Shown here piece after piece: positions 39,401 through 51,994 of a stretch of 64,000 bases of DNA. A model generated the notes under the pieces. That model saw nothing but the letters and a program-made list of their open reading frames with translations, was not told the origin of the DNA and did not search any database. Position numbers and translations under genes: made by a program. Source of the stretch: Antedon mediterranea (Eukaryota > Animalia > Echinodermata); assembly GCF_964355755.1 (NCBI RefSeq), contig NC_092670.1, positions 18,090,795 to 18,154,794 on the forward strand. Direction: 5' to 3'. Every line of letters begins with the position of its first letter. The stretch's first letter is position 1.

Positions 39401-42400
39401 TGTAAATATGGTTTTTTAGAACATTTTCAATATGTTTGAAACTAAATTGTTTTCTTTGTAGGTCAATTCCCTGGAGAATATGGCATCATTGCTCCTGGAA
39501 TGAGTTGCCAGTACAACCTCCGCTTCATCCCTGATGCTCTCATGGACTTTGATGATGAGTTACAGATTCAAACTCAGTCTAGCCAGCCTTTGGTGGTTCA
39601 ACTGCAAGGCAGGAGAAAGCCACCACAACTCACATGTAAGTTAAGCTACACTTTTAAGCTCTGTCTACACTATCAAACTTTATGTGACAACAAAATGTGC
39701 CCATATATGGACATGATGATGTCATATCACTACTATATTTGGGCATATCACTACCATATTTGGGCAGATCACACTTTTTTGTCTAACTAGTTTGATAGTG
39801 TAGACAGAGCTTAAGAAGTAATGTGAACTAAGGCCCTGTGAAAACAATTGTGGTCAATTTATTTTCACAGGGCCTTAGTTCAGTTCAGTTCACAATTTTT
39901 TATATACTTTATATTACATTTGTTTCAAAAGGATGTAGCCTTTTTTTTTCTAATCTTATTCTTCCAACAGATTTGACCTTTAACGCTATACAGAGTACAA
40001 AACACAAACAATAGGTTTTACTGGTTTTAACCTTATATAATGCCTTACTCAATACTATTAGGAAATACTGTATGTTGGTTACCAAGTGCACACATTATTG
40101 GGTATGTTATGATTAAGAATATAATGCACAAGACAGGAAGAAGTGTAGAGATACTAGTGTAGCAGTATGAAAGGAGTGACAGTCAGTAAGCCCTTTTGAA
40201 GAGGAAGAAGAATTACCCTATATCAGTCCTTAATAAATAAGTAAAATATATTTCTATTATGATCCTGCCATTAAAGTATCTTCATTATTTCAGTGGACAG
40301 TGTTATAGACTGTGGCTACTGTTTAGTAGGTGGAAGACATGTGGCTCAGTTTACAGTGAAGAACACCGGTGGCAGTGGTAAATTCTGTATCATGCCGAGT
40401 GACTCCTGGCCTGCTACTAATCTCAAGGTTTGTAGTACTGGGTTCTTTATTCCATAAACAAAAAGCGTAACACAACCTCAGGCCTCAAGGCCATCTTGTG
40501 GGACAGAGGTTTTGCAATTGACATTTCTAAATGGTCTGAACATGGACCTATAAATTAGTAGGTCCACGGTCTGAACACCATCCTTGTTTCCCCTTAACAA
40601 ATTTACTATTATTACTAAATTTATTGTTTTTAAATTTCTTTTTTAGTCACTAAATCCTGAAAGGGTAAAACTTGAGCCGTTTCTAATTCAACCAGCCATG
40701 TTTGAATTGCCAGCAGGATATTCCATTCTTTTACAGGTAAGATTTTTGCTATAAATGAATGCATTTATTAATATTATTTTCTCCCTCTTTTGGTCAAGTA
40801 TAGTTTCACAAACATTTTAAAAACACTGTATTTGGGTTCGTAACTTTCTTTCTAAACAAACATTTTTCATGAAGAGTTGTTTTACAGAATCAAAGTTTTG
40901 ATTTTTCTTTTCCACATGTTATAGGTTGTGTTCACACCAGCGTCTGTTGATACATTTATCCAAAAGATTACAATGATATGTGACAATTGCCACGTGAAAC
41001 ACTTTACTCTAAAAGGTAAGTACTGAGAAAGACCAGAGAGTAATTCATTCTTCACACACTTGGAAATCTGTGAGCATGTGCAAAATAAAAGTTATGTGTC
41101 GCGTCATGAAAATGAAACGTTGCTAATGTCAATGTTTACAATGAATTTGTATCATCATTATCAACAATATTACCAAATCTTCATCTAATCAATCACCACT
41201 GAAATCATCATTACTGTTATCTTTTTCGGCATCAAATTCATCATTACCATCACCATTATTGTGAATATTCATTGTCATCACCACCACCACCAAACTTCGT
41301 AATTTCCATTATGTTAAACTAAACAACTTTTGTCTCGGAAACAGGTGAGGGTCAAGAACCCGGTGTGAAACTTGTAAGTGTCAAACCAGGTGGAGAGAGT
41401 TTCCCTCTGCTAGGTGAGATCTGTGACACCACTGCTGGACATCTTATTAACTTCGATACACTGAATCCAATGACATACGCAGAGAAGAAGGTACAGATTC
41501 AGAATACAACGTAAGTATTGCCAGACAGATTGCTCATTCTGTTACTGTTGTGTACTAACACCATTTAAGGTAAAATATACATAAAAGCACAACAAAAAAA
41601 CACACTTGAGTCGAGGTTTAGTCGTTCTCCATCTTCCTTGCATCCGAGGTTTTATTCATTCTCCACACTATATACAATCGGTTACAGTACAAGTAATGTA
41701 CAGTATATGACAGTTACAAATATGGTAGTGATATGACATAATAGTGTCCATATATGAACATTTTTTTGTAACATAAAGTTTGATAGTGTAGACAGAGCTT
41801 TAGTTTAGTTATATTGATATACAAAGGAAGGACTGATCCTGTTGTGTGCTCTTTGCCACTACATTCAACATGGCAAATCTTTTAAGGTCAATACACTGAG
41901 GGAAAATAAGTAACAAGTGAAACCATTTACAATAGCATATGTAGTAAGTTTATTATTTTTTCATAGAAACGTACCACTGTCCTTTTCTTGGGACATGTTC
42001 AAGCCAAGTTTAGAGTGTCCAAAAGCAGGAATGACATCATCACCAAGCGATGGTCAAGAAATTGGCAGATTACGAGATGGTGGAGGTCACTACTGTATCG
42101 CACCGGATCAAGGCACTCTGTCACCTAACGCAATCAAAGAATTTATTGTAGGATTCTCTCCAGATACGGTAAGCAGTTTTTTAAATGGCTAGTTCTTATT
42201 CATTTTGTGAAAGTTCAAATATATATTAATACTAGTTTCATTTATTTACAATTGAATTTTATTTTTTTAGAATGGATCCTTCCATAATGTTGCCCATTTA
42301 GTTCTTCACGGCATACCAGTTATCAACGAACCTAAGCCACCGTCAGGAAAAGCAAATAAATGGAATGGAAATGGAACCAAAAGCTCATCAGCCTCCACCA

Positions 42401-45400
42401 GAGAGCTGACTACTAAGGACTTAGTAGGCCTACAGGTTGAACTTAAGGCAAAGTGTGAGGCGTGCCATGTGTTAGTGCAACCATATGCTATCATAGTGCC
42501 TGGTAGTACCTTAGTTACTACAACTATTAGAAAACAATTTCAGGTAGCCTACATTCTCTTTTTTTCTTTATATTTAAAAACATGTGTGTGTAAATCCTGC
42601 GGTTGGAAGTCAAAGTACTGTAGCCATCAGTCAGTCATTGAGTTTAGAAGAAATTTACCACTGTGTCCGTAAAATTCATATATAAATAATTTTCAATTTT
42701 CAGATGGTCAACTTTAGCCAATACCCAGTAACATTCAGTTGGTCATCCTTGAGTGACTGTCATATTGTAGAGGTTGAAACTCCCCAAGGTATCATTCCTG
42801 CTGGAGAAGTTGCTGACCTGAAGCTGACCATTACTGGTGGACAGCCTGGCCTAATTGACCACACACTGCTTTGTAAGATTGAATACCAAGATGAGCCTCT
42901 TATGCTTCGAGTGAGGGCGCACATCAAGGTAATAATATTCTTGGAGATAATTTATCAACCTTACTATTAACATCTGGTTGGGAAAGTTAATGTCTTTGTG
43001 TAACTGTGACATGGATTCCCTGGGGTCAATGAAGTTGTAAACTTACACAATAAATTATTGTAGATCTAGAAAGTATTCTTAAATAATAATTGTACGTTTA
43101 ATAGGGTCCAGAAGTAGTAATTGATACCGCATCAGTTGACTTTGGTCTTGTTCGAAATAAGTATGAAGTAACAGAAGAAATTGTGATTAGGAATACATCG
43201 CAGATTCCAGCAAAATGGAGTATAGAGGAAAGTAAAGATCATCTAGATGGAGAACTGAATGATGTAAGACTATTTTTCTTTATCGATTTATCTTTTTCCT
43301 TGTGTGATAATCCATTTGCCGCTCAAAGCTATACAGGGATTGTGTGCAGGTGAATCCTGATATAAACAACAGGACAGAAGAACTTCTGTAACACCAACAG
43401 GGACTAAAAGTTTTACGAAAGATGACCTGTCTTCTTTAAAACCATATGTTTACACTTGCATAGTGATATGACATCATCGTGTCCATATGGGCACATCACA
43501 TTTTTGCGAAAGATGACCTGTCTTCTTTAAAACCATGTTTACACTTGCATAGTGATATGACATCATCGTGTCCATATGGGCACATCACATTTTTTTGTCA
43601 CATACAATTTTATAGTGTAGATAGACCTTAACATCAACAAGGACTGAAGTTGTACAAGAACACCACTATAACCCCTTACTCATCACAAAAGATGACCTGG
43701 CCATTTGTTTACACATTTTAAGTCGTTATCTAAGAAGACTTGTTCCACCATCACAACTAAAGGAGAGTGTCAATTCATATTTCAGAATGTAAATATTTTT
43801 TAGATTTTGTTAGCTGTTTGTTATGCAGTATTAGATATATAATTTTGTTTTTCATTATAAATGTTTTTTTTTCTCCAGGGTATGTCAGAGTTTGTATTTA
43901 GGCCATCCAGTGGTGATTTACTAGGATTGTGTTCTACTGTCATCATGGTGACCTTTAACCCTTCTCACTGCAGACACCTTAGATCGGTCTTTGAATGCTC
44001 AGTCATTGGTGGTACATCAAGGTAATTGAGCACCATCTATAATTTTTACTAATATACCCTAAAATCTCCCAGTATAGCGTCATTTTGAGGGAACAATGCG
44101 CCAAGAAAGCCCCAAAGAGGAGGCTTCTTTTTTAAAAGAAACCCATCTCAAAAAGAAGCCCCTCTTCGATCTGCAAAATTAATCTCGAAAAGAAGCCCAT
44201 CTTGAAAAGAAGCCCACATTAGAGTACTAAATTGGCTTCTTTTTGATGTTTTACGCTATGTAATAGTCAACTCTCACAATATTAAGATTCTCTGTAAACT
44301 AAACTTTTCTTCAGGTCCCAAATTCTATTTACGCCGTTAAAACCCTGGATTTCCGGAAAGCCCAATGTATTGGGAGTGTTGAATGTTGTCTTGTATTTGT
44401 TTCTGTATTATTGTATTGTTTTTATGGAAATCTCGAATAAAAATATCCCCACAGTTTATTTCTTGATACTAACATTTGTTTGTAATACTCTTAATCTCTG
44501 TCTACACTATCAAACTTTATGTGACAAAAAAATATGGGCACGATGATGCCATATCACTATCATATTTGGGCACATCACACTTTTTTTTGTCAAACTAGTT
44601 TGATAGTATAGAAGAAGAATCTTTTGATGAATGAATATTTGATATATGATCTTGAAGAATGTGATAAAGGTTATATATTATAATAATAGTAACATTATTA
44701 TTATTAATTTTCTGTATAGCTACATTGGTGTACAAGCAGACGTTAAAGAACCACAGGCTTGTCTATTATCATGTCACCTACAAATGCCTGAGGTTTATAT
44801 CAATGTACCGATAAAACACACTGTTCAACTGCTGAACCAGACCCCACTTGCTACAAGGTTTTTCTGGGGTGAGGTGAGTATTGTAATCTTGGGAAGGCAA
44901 CATATAAAAGGTTGCTACTACGGTATGTTTATTCTTAATAAGGTAAAGATAATAGAGATAAAACAACAACACAACCATCCTCGTTTACAGCAATACCTAT
45001 AATAACTGCATAGATACCAACCGCCTTGCATCATAGTGGGATGGTCCCGCATTTCAAAGTGATTTTTAATGAACCATGCTTCAAACAAACTATGTAAATG
45101 TTGTAAACAAGAATTAAATTTGTTGTTAATTTGTAGACTCAAGGACACCAGTCTAAATATTGTACAATAGTTTGCCAACCAAAGTCTGGAGTATTAAAGC
45201 CTAGGCAACAAATTGACATTGTTATTGAATGTATATTCCGAAAGCAAGAAGAATTAGATGATGTGTGCATACCGTGTCATGTTGAGGGTATGTGTGACCC
45301 TGTGTACCTCAAGTTGTCGGCAACCATACAAGGTTTGAAAGTGTCTTACTACAAAAAAGATGAACAAGAAGCTATGTAAGTATTTTGAAGTTTGTTTTAT

Positions 45401-48400
45401 ATTATTATGGTGAATGGTTGTACCAGTGATGAGAGTGTTGTTGGTGGCAGCATTGTGAATCATAGAGAATGAGATGATGGTAGGGCCAGCTTTACTAGAA
45501 GTCTATGAGTTCCGACCTAATATATTACTGACTACTTTGTGTAATTTAGTGCGATGTCTGTGGTATGTCACTCTCAAAAAACACAACCAAAAAATATTGT
45601 GTACACTTAAAAGTAGCATTAATCTAAATGCAAACTTTATGTCAATGGTTACCAGATGTCTCTATGTAGACAGTTTCTTGAACCAGTAGCAGATGATTAT
45701 GATTAAGTATTAACAAGGATATAGGGATAGTGTTGTTGATAACATTACAAAGTTGAGTATTCTGTTCGTGATTAGGAAGATGTTAATGTATTTGATTTAA
45801 TGCTGTGGATAATTTCCTGAATGATCATAAAGTCAAAACAGTACTGGGTTTGGTCTACTACTAAGTTCCTGCTCCCAACTTGTCATCCATTCATAGAAGC
45901 ACTGATGTAGAAAGTCTATCTGGTGGTGACTATATAATGGATCCAGCTCAAGCAAGAAAAGACCAAACTTGGGCTTTTGATTGAAATATTTCTTAGAAAT
46001 AGAGATGTAATAATTTAATGTTAATGAAGATTGCTATTGTGATATAGTTGGTTATTTATGGCGATTATTAAATTAAAAGAGAATGAGATCATTCCAGCTT
46101 ATTTCCAGTTATTATACATATTCAAAATTATCATCTCTACAGAATTGAAGATGATGATTTAAGCCTAGACTTCGGAGATGTTGAACTTGGGAACGTCACA
46201 AAAAAAGTCTTCTGTATCAAGAACCAGACTGCCATTTCAGCTTCTTATAATATTCTTGTCGGCCATTTCCAAGCAGGAAAACCACCAACTCCTCCAGAAG
46301 AAAAAAAGGAAAAATATGAAAAGTAAGAGTGGCTATATTATTCACCATTCACACTTAGGCTAGGCGAAACCCGGTCCTTAAAATTCAGGAGTTATCCTAT
46401 CAACATTTAAATGAAATATTTCAGTGTGATTTGTGAATACGGCCACTGAAATATGATACAATAATAGTAATAATAATATATACACTTTTCTCTAAAGTAC
46501 TCTCACTTGCACTGAGGAAGGGGCTAGTATTGTCGGAAAGCTTTCTGCCTGTTTTACTTTATCGTTGATATTTTCATTGAGATCCAGCCACTGATACCCA
46601 CAACATTGTCATTTTTTTCAGTATTTGCCTTTAAAAAAAATAATATAGAATAGAATTATGTTTATTTTTTATTATTTTAAGGCAACAACTCACAAATTCT
46701 GCTCTGTTTTGATTGATAATTGATTGAAATATGTTTATTTAGCTATTTTGGTTTTGATTAAAGGACAATTTGAACAAAGTGTAATTAAGATTGTGCTTAA
46801 ATCTTATAGCAGGTGGTCTAATTACATACACTCCTCGCCTCAAAGCCGAAGCCTTCTTAACCGTACTCAAAACATAGCTGACCCAATGAGTAAGAGCCCA
46901 TCTCAACTGTTAACAGATTACACCAAAGTGGTTCTTCGCGAGGGCAAAGGCGTAGCCTTCGTGGTTCAGCCATCATGTGGGATGCTTGATCCATTTGATG
47001 AACTGGAAGTGGAGGTTACTGCTTATGCGGATATGTGGGGGCAGTATTCAGATGACCTTGTTTGTAAGGTAGAATGTTAAATGTTGTTAATTCATTTTAA
47101 AAATGAAAGATTGTTTGATATTATTAAAGTGATTACTATTACTTTTGAATTATCTTTTTCCTAAGCAAGATTACAATGGTCCTAATTCTGAGCATTACTG
47201 TAGTAGCAAAATAATTTCTTATTTTATATGCAAGATAAGTTAATTTGAACTAGTGCTAGTTTAGGTGTTTTTTTTAATTTTGTTTTGCCTGACAAGGCAG
47301 AATAAATTTAAATACTATATAATCTATTACATAAACTGTTGACATCAGAGACTACTGTATTATTATTTAACACAAACAAACTCAACCAAAGGACTCCATT
47401 TTAATGTTTTTGTTTAATTAGGTGTCTGGTAAAGAAGATGTTATAATTCCCCTAAGCATATCCATCACTGGCTGTCCACTCAACTTCCAAATGACCACAC
47501 TGAAAGGTCAAATACCAGTGGTCCGCTTTGGAACTCACATTCCTGGTGTAGCAGCCATTAAGAGGCCACTAAGGATCATAAATAAAAGTTCATTTGGTAA
47601 GATAATTTACAGACATTTTTAAAATTGATTGCCTAAATGAGTATGATTCACTCACAGTTACACACCATCATAATAATATCCTTGGTTTTTAAGCACCTAA
47701 CGTTGTGAAACCTCAAGCGTTGTACATAATTACCCGGTCATTTTTTTATCAAACATGTATGGAAACACACCCCCATGATGCAGTTAGTATTCAGCGCAAA
47801 GTTGTGTCTTGACCCTACCAGGTACACCTGGGTGAAGAGAGGCAAACGTAAGTAAAGTGTCTTGCCTAAGGATACAAGAAATGTGACGAGCATTGAGCAT
47901 TCAAACCCACAATCTCGCTATCAGTAGTCTAACATCTGACCCACTGCGCCACACACCCTTTCAGACAATCATCCTACAGTATTTGATCCTCTAGAAATCA
48001 CTGGCAAATGTACTTGTGTATATATTATATATGACGGGAGAATCCATCTATGGTTGAGAAGAAAACTTTGGTTTGGTATGAAAATCTGCTTTTTTTAACA
48101 AGAGGGTTTACATATAGACCAAGGAAGATGTCAATTATTGAACTAGAGGTCAATAAGTTTTATTTGTACTTATATTGGGATTTCAAATGTTATTTATTCT
48201 TTCTTCTTTTTTTTTTTGGGTTGATACAGATATTAGAGTTGACTGGCAGATGTTTAACCTACAAGAAAACGATAATAAACTACTTGATATGATTACTAGC
48301 ATTGGTGACCCATTTCCTGAATGTGATGAAAATGGATTTGAAATCATTCCTACTGAAACTGAATTGTCACCAAGAGTAAAAGAACGTGAATTGTCACCAA

Positions 48401-51400
48401 GAGAAAAGGAAGATGGACTTACCCCTGATATTGAGGTGACCGGTGAAGAACATGGTGAACCCGTGTCAGAGGTCAATGAGCGACCTCAAATAATTAGAGT
48501 TCAATTTAAAGAGCATGAAGGGAGTAGGGCTGAGGAACCTTTTGGAATTATTACTAAGCAAATGGTAAGATAATTGGTTTTCTACTGTAAAAACTAGTAG
48601 GATACATTAAGGTATTTACTTACACTAACCTTTGGACCAAGACAAAATGTTACACAAATTTGACAAGAAATGTTTATTTTATGGACAGCGATAAACGCTT
48701 TCCAGAGAAGGAAAAATAGAGACACTAGGGCAGGAAGGTGCTTTTGATTTGCTAGGACCTATGAATATTGTGTCAGTTGTAAATGTTATAAACTGTGTAA
48801 AGAGATTAAGTGAGGAAGCATTTCACACTATTCATGTATGCACACAATGAATTAACAGTTCTTAAGTCGTTCAATTCAAAATTGAATAACCTTCTATAAC
48901 TACAGTATTAAATCATGATCAAACCAACTAACTGTTGAGTCTGTTCACCACACACATGTGATGAGACTGTTCATCCTAGATGATAATAGTCATCCACTTC
49001 GTGATAGGCTGATCTATTATACCTAAAAGTGGTAGAATGCGACTGCCATAAGCCGCACCATTCGTTTACTTTTATTTTTTATAAATTTACTTAAAGGTTA
49101 TTCCAGCCAGAGGAAGTCTACAGATAACAGCGACATTCAGCCCCAGCATGGTCTCCCCCAATCAAATAAGAACTGTTGAGTGCGTAGGATATGCACTAGG
49201 GTTTATGAGTCTGAATCGAGAGGAAGACCGCTTCAAAGAGAGAGCCTACAAGAGGTTGCATGGCTATGATACGACACCGCTGAGACTGAACCTAACAGCC
49301 TTTATAAAGCCTGCAGTGTAAGCCACTTATTTGTCATCACAACCACCAGTATCTACAACAATTAATAAAAAAAAATATTCTATCATACAATTTTCCCAGC
49401 CCACTATTTAAAATACATTTGTTGCTAATGGTTATGAACTTATAGAGCACAAAATGCAAAGCGCTGTGAAGACAAGTGAAAAAATGAAAAGGGAGAAAGT
49501 GTAAATCTCTGTCTACACTATCAAACTAGTTTGACAAAATAAGTGTTATGTACCCAAATATGGTAGTGATATCATCGTCTCCATATATGGGCACATCACA
49601 TTTTTTTGTCAAGTTTGATAGTGTAGACAGAGCTTAAGTTCATGCCTACACCCAAACCAAAGTATGAAGATATTCCCTTGTCACTAACCATTGACTATAC
49701 TTTATATTTCCTCTAGGCTGACAATTGAGACAGCAGATGATGATGGTATGACATACACCACAGCAGCAAGTCATCTCATAGTGGATGGAAACATTGGTAA
49801 AGAGTACAAAAAGACAGGCCTAGCAACTTTGATGAACAATACAGAAACACCTTTAACATTTCAAGTTGTCGTACCAGAACCATTTGCCCTTGGTCAAGTG
49901 GAACCAAAAACAACAGGTGGTACTGATGGTTTTATTACTGTCAAACCAAGGCGTAATTTACAAGTAAGTGGTTTTTTTTTGCATATATATACCAGAGACA
50001 TGAAAGTATTATCGTTCTATTCATACTTTGTATCTACCTGTACTTTTGAATATACTGTATTTGTGATGATATTGTTTATAGTATATTGTAAACAAAGCAA
50101 ATGACCAGATCTTTTTTCCCTGAAGCTTGGTTCCCACTAGGACGCAACGCATGGACGAAAGCACAACACAAGGATAAAAGCACAATGCAAGTAATTTTAC
50201 CACAAGCGATGGATTATTCACACTGTCGCTTGTCTTTGGTCAATTCGCTTCCGTTTTGCGCTTACGTTATTGATTTATATCCTAGTGGGAACCAAGCTTT
50301 AAGCTGCATTCAGACTTGTTAAGACAGTGCAGTTTTGTAAATCATTTTTAAATGAGTTTAAAGAATTGAACATTGCCATCTTCCATTCGGAAAACATGTG
50401 AATGTATCCTTAAATGCCATAGTTACTTGTTTTCACAGATACAAGTTTCTTTCCGATTAACATCGGAGTTAATACAACGCTATCTTGATGAACTACGACC
50501 TGACCAAGAAATGGAAGGAGTGACATTAATAAAACGTGATCACGAAAGAAAATTTACTATCGACAAAAATCTACAAATTGTATACAATAATACATCTATA
50601 CAGGTAATACATATCATTTTTTGCAACAGCAGAACAAAGTGATTTAGGGATAATGTCAAAATGATTAAACTGCAGTTACTATTTCTTACTGTAATAATGT
50701 AAATTGTTAGTGTTTTTCAATGTTCAAGTTTATGAGTCAATTACTGCAACAAACCGTGTGTTTATGATTATCCCAAAAAAAGCTTGTTCAATATTGTATA
50801 AACAATTTAAAAAGTAAACGTAGTTAGTTTACTGCAGTAAATGCAGTAGGAGAATTTGAGCATGGTCTTTTATTAGACAAATAAACGACAGCAGACTATA
50901 GCACAGTTGTTTACTTTTTAGATAGTTGACTCCATAAGATTAAGATTTGATTATTAATTTTTAATTACTGTAATTAATTTTGTTCTTTGCAATAGCCTGT
51001 ACCCCTGTATGCCTCCATCGTGTTACCTTCTCTCGTATTGTCATGTGATTGCTTGGACTTTGGTGTATGCCATGTTGGACAGCAACGAGAAAAAGAGATA
51101 CTGCTGCGGAACCCAACGTCCTCGGCCAGCTTTTGGACAGGTGTCATAGGTATGTATGCTAAAAGACACACCCAGTCTAACAGAAGTAGTAGTAACATAT
51201 AGTTTTATATAGTTTAGATGTTGGAAGGGTATGGGCTCTATTACAGGCATTAGGACGTTAATACTTTTGTCAAGGTGTATGTCATAAGACTTTCTGATAA
51301 TATATATATATTGTTGATAAAAACATAGCACTAGTGCCCACAATTATGGGGTTGTTTCTCACTTTAAATGACAGGGGCGCCGCATACCATAACCATACAT

Positions 51401-51994
51401 CATCACAGGTTCAAGGCCCTCCTCAACCCAAGTTCTGGTGGTAGAACAAGCTAAAACTGGAGGTACATTGTACACAATGTGCACTTTCAAGAACCCTCAG
51501 TGCATCTTGTGGGAAAAGTAGGGAGATACCCTGTACAGGTCCATCTGTCATTCATGGGTCCATAGAGGGCCTAACCCAAATTCCTCAGTTTCCTGTTAAG
51601 CTTGAGTATTATGATTATATTTAAATTTACCCTTAGATTGGTGCAATTACCAAGATGATGCTGTGTTTGCATTGACACCAAGTAGTGGCATGTTAGAAGC
51701 ACATGTGACTCATGTTTCCAGTAGTAAGACACTGTTAAAGGTTCACTTTACAGCCATGTAAGTAATTATATATTTGCATACTTCCACCAATCACAGAAGT
51801 AATTTACGCTCTTCCGTTTATTAAACATCCTCCCTCTGCATTTCACATCACATTTTTTTGTTTTTTTTAGGCATAACATTGAGTATGATTGCATCTTCGT
51901 TTTGAGGGGTATGCTAGGAGAAGAACCATGTTATCTGAGGGTCAAAGGTGAAGGTTCATATGATAGCCGTCATGAAGCATTAGTGAACATCTGA
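36494..51994 (+). CDS. DLEC1: Deleted in lung and esophageal cancer protein 1 (CFAP81), ciliary protein with Ig-like ASH-type repeats
   Basis: About 28 GT-AG exons starting near 36494, 36963, 37588, 38075, 38489, 38818, 39462, 40294, 40647, 40924, 41345, 41968, 42271, 42704, 43104, 43879, 44720, 45137, 46143, 46813, 47422, 48230, 49097, 49717, 50439, 50996, 51638, 51871. Diagnostic segments: RPSSGSSQNVEHILARTFRQYYT, FLRNPRH, VVFTDYKVRQVYE, GQFPGEYGIIAPGMSC, AYADMWGQYSDDLVC, VRFGTH, C-terminal GEGSYD. Confidence 0.93.
39658..39811. mobile_element. MITE family A copy (well conserved) in a DLEC1 intron
   Basis: Full TIRs; further copies near 16160-16278, 38335-38446, 41720-41799, 43460-43625, 44496-44610, 49506-49634, 54799-54900 and 60594-60670. 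Confidence 0.85.
47680..47958 (-). mobile_element. tRNA-derived SINE
   Basis: Minus strand reads A-box TGGCGCAGTGG, B-box-like GGTTTGAATGC, then TCCTTAGGCAAGACACTTTAC...TGCCTCTCTTCACCCAGGTGTA, a central-domain type seen in invertebrate SINEs. Confidence 0.75.
50125..50298. mobile_element. MITE family B copy
   Basis: gcttggttcccactaggac...cctagtgggaaccaagc. Confidence 0.8.
51375..51600 (+). mobile_element. Degenerate SINE (Deu-domain-like)
   Basis: taaaactggaggt...gtgcac...aagaaccc...gtgcatc core also at about 59715-59800 and reversed at about 1990-2035 and 25785-25845. Confidence 0.45.

Noticed and set aside
39822-39883. Hairpin ggccctgtgaaaa...ttttcacagggcc as a miRNA or terminator
   Set aside because: Better explained as a small MITE-like palindrome; no expression evidence.
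46807-46812. NAGNAG (TAGCAG) acceptor in DLEC1
   Set aside because: Common feature with only a one-codon effect; no evidence of alternative use.
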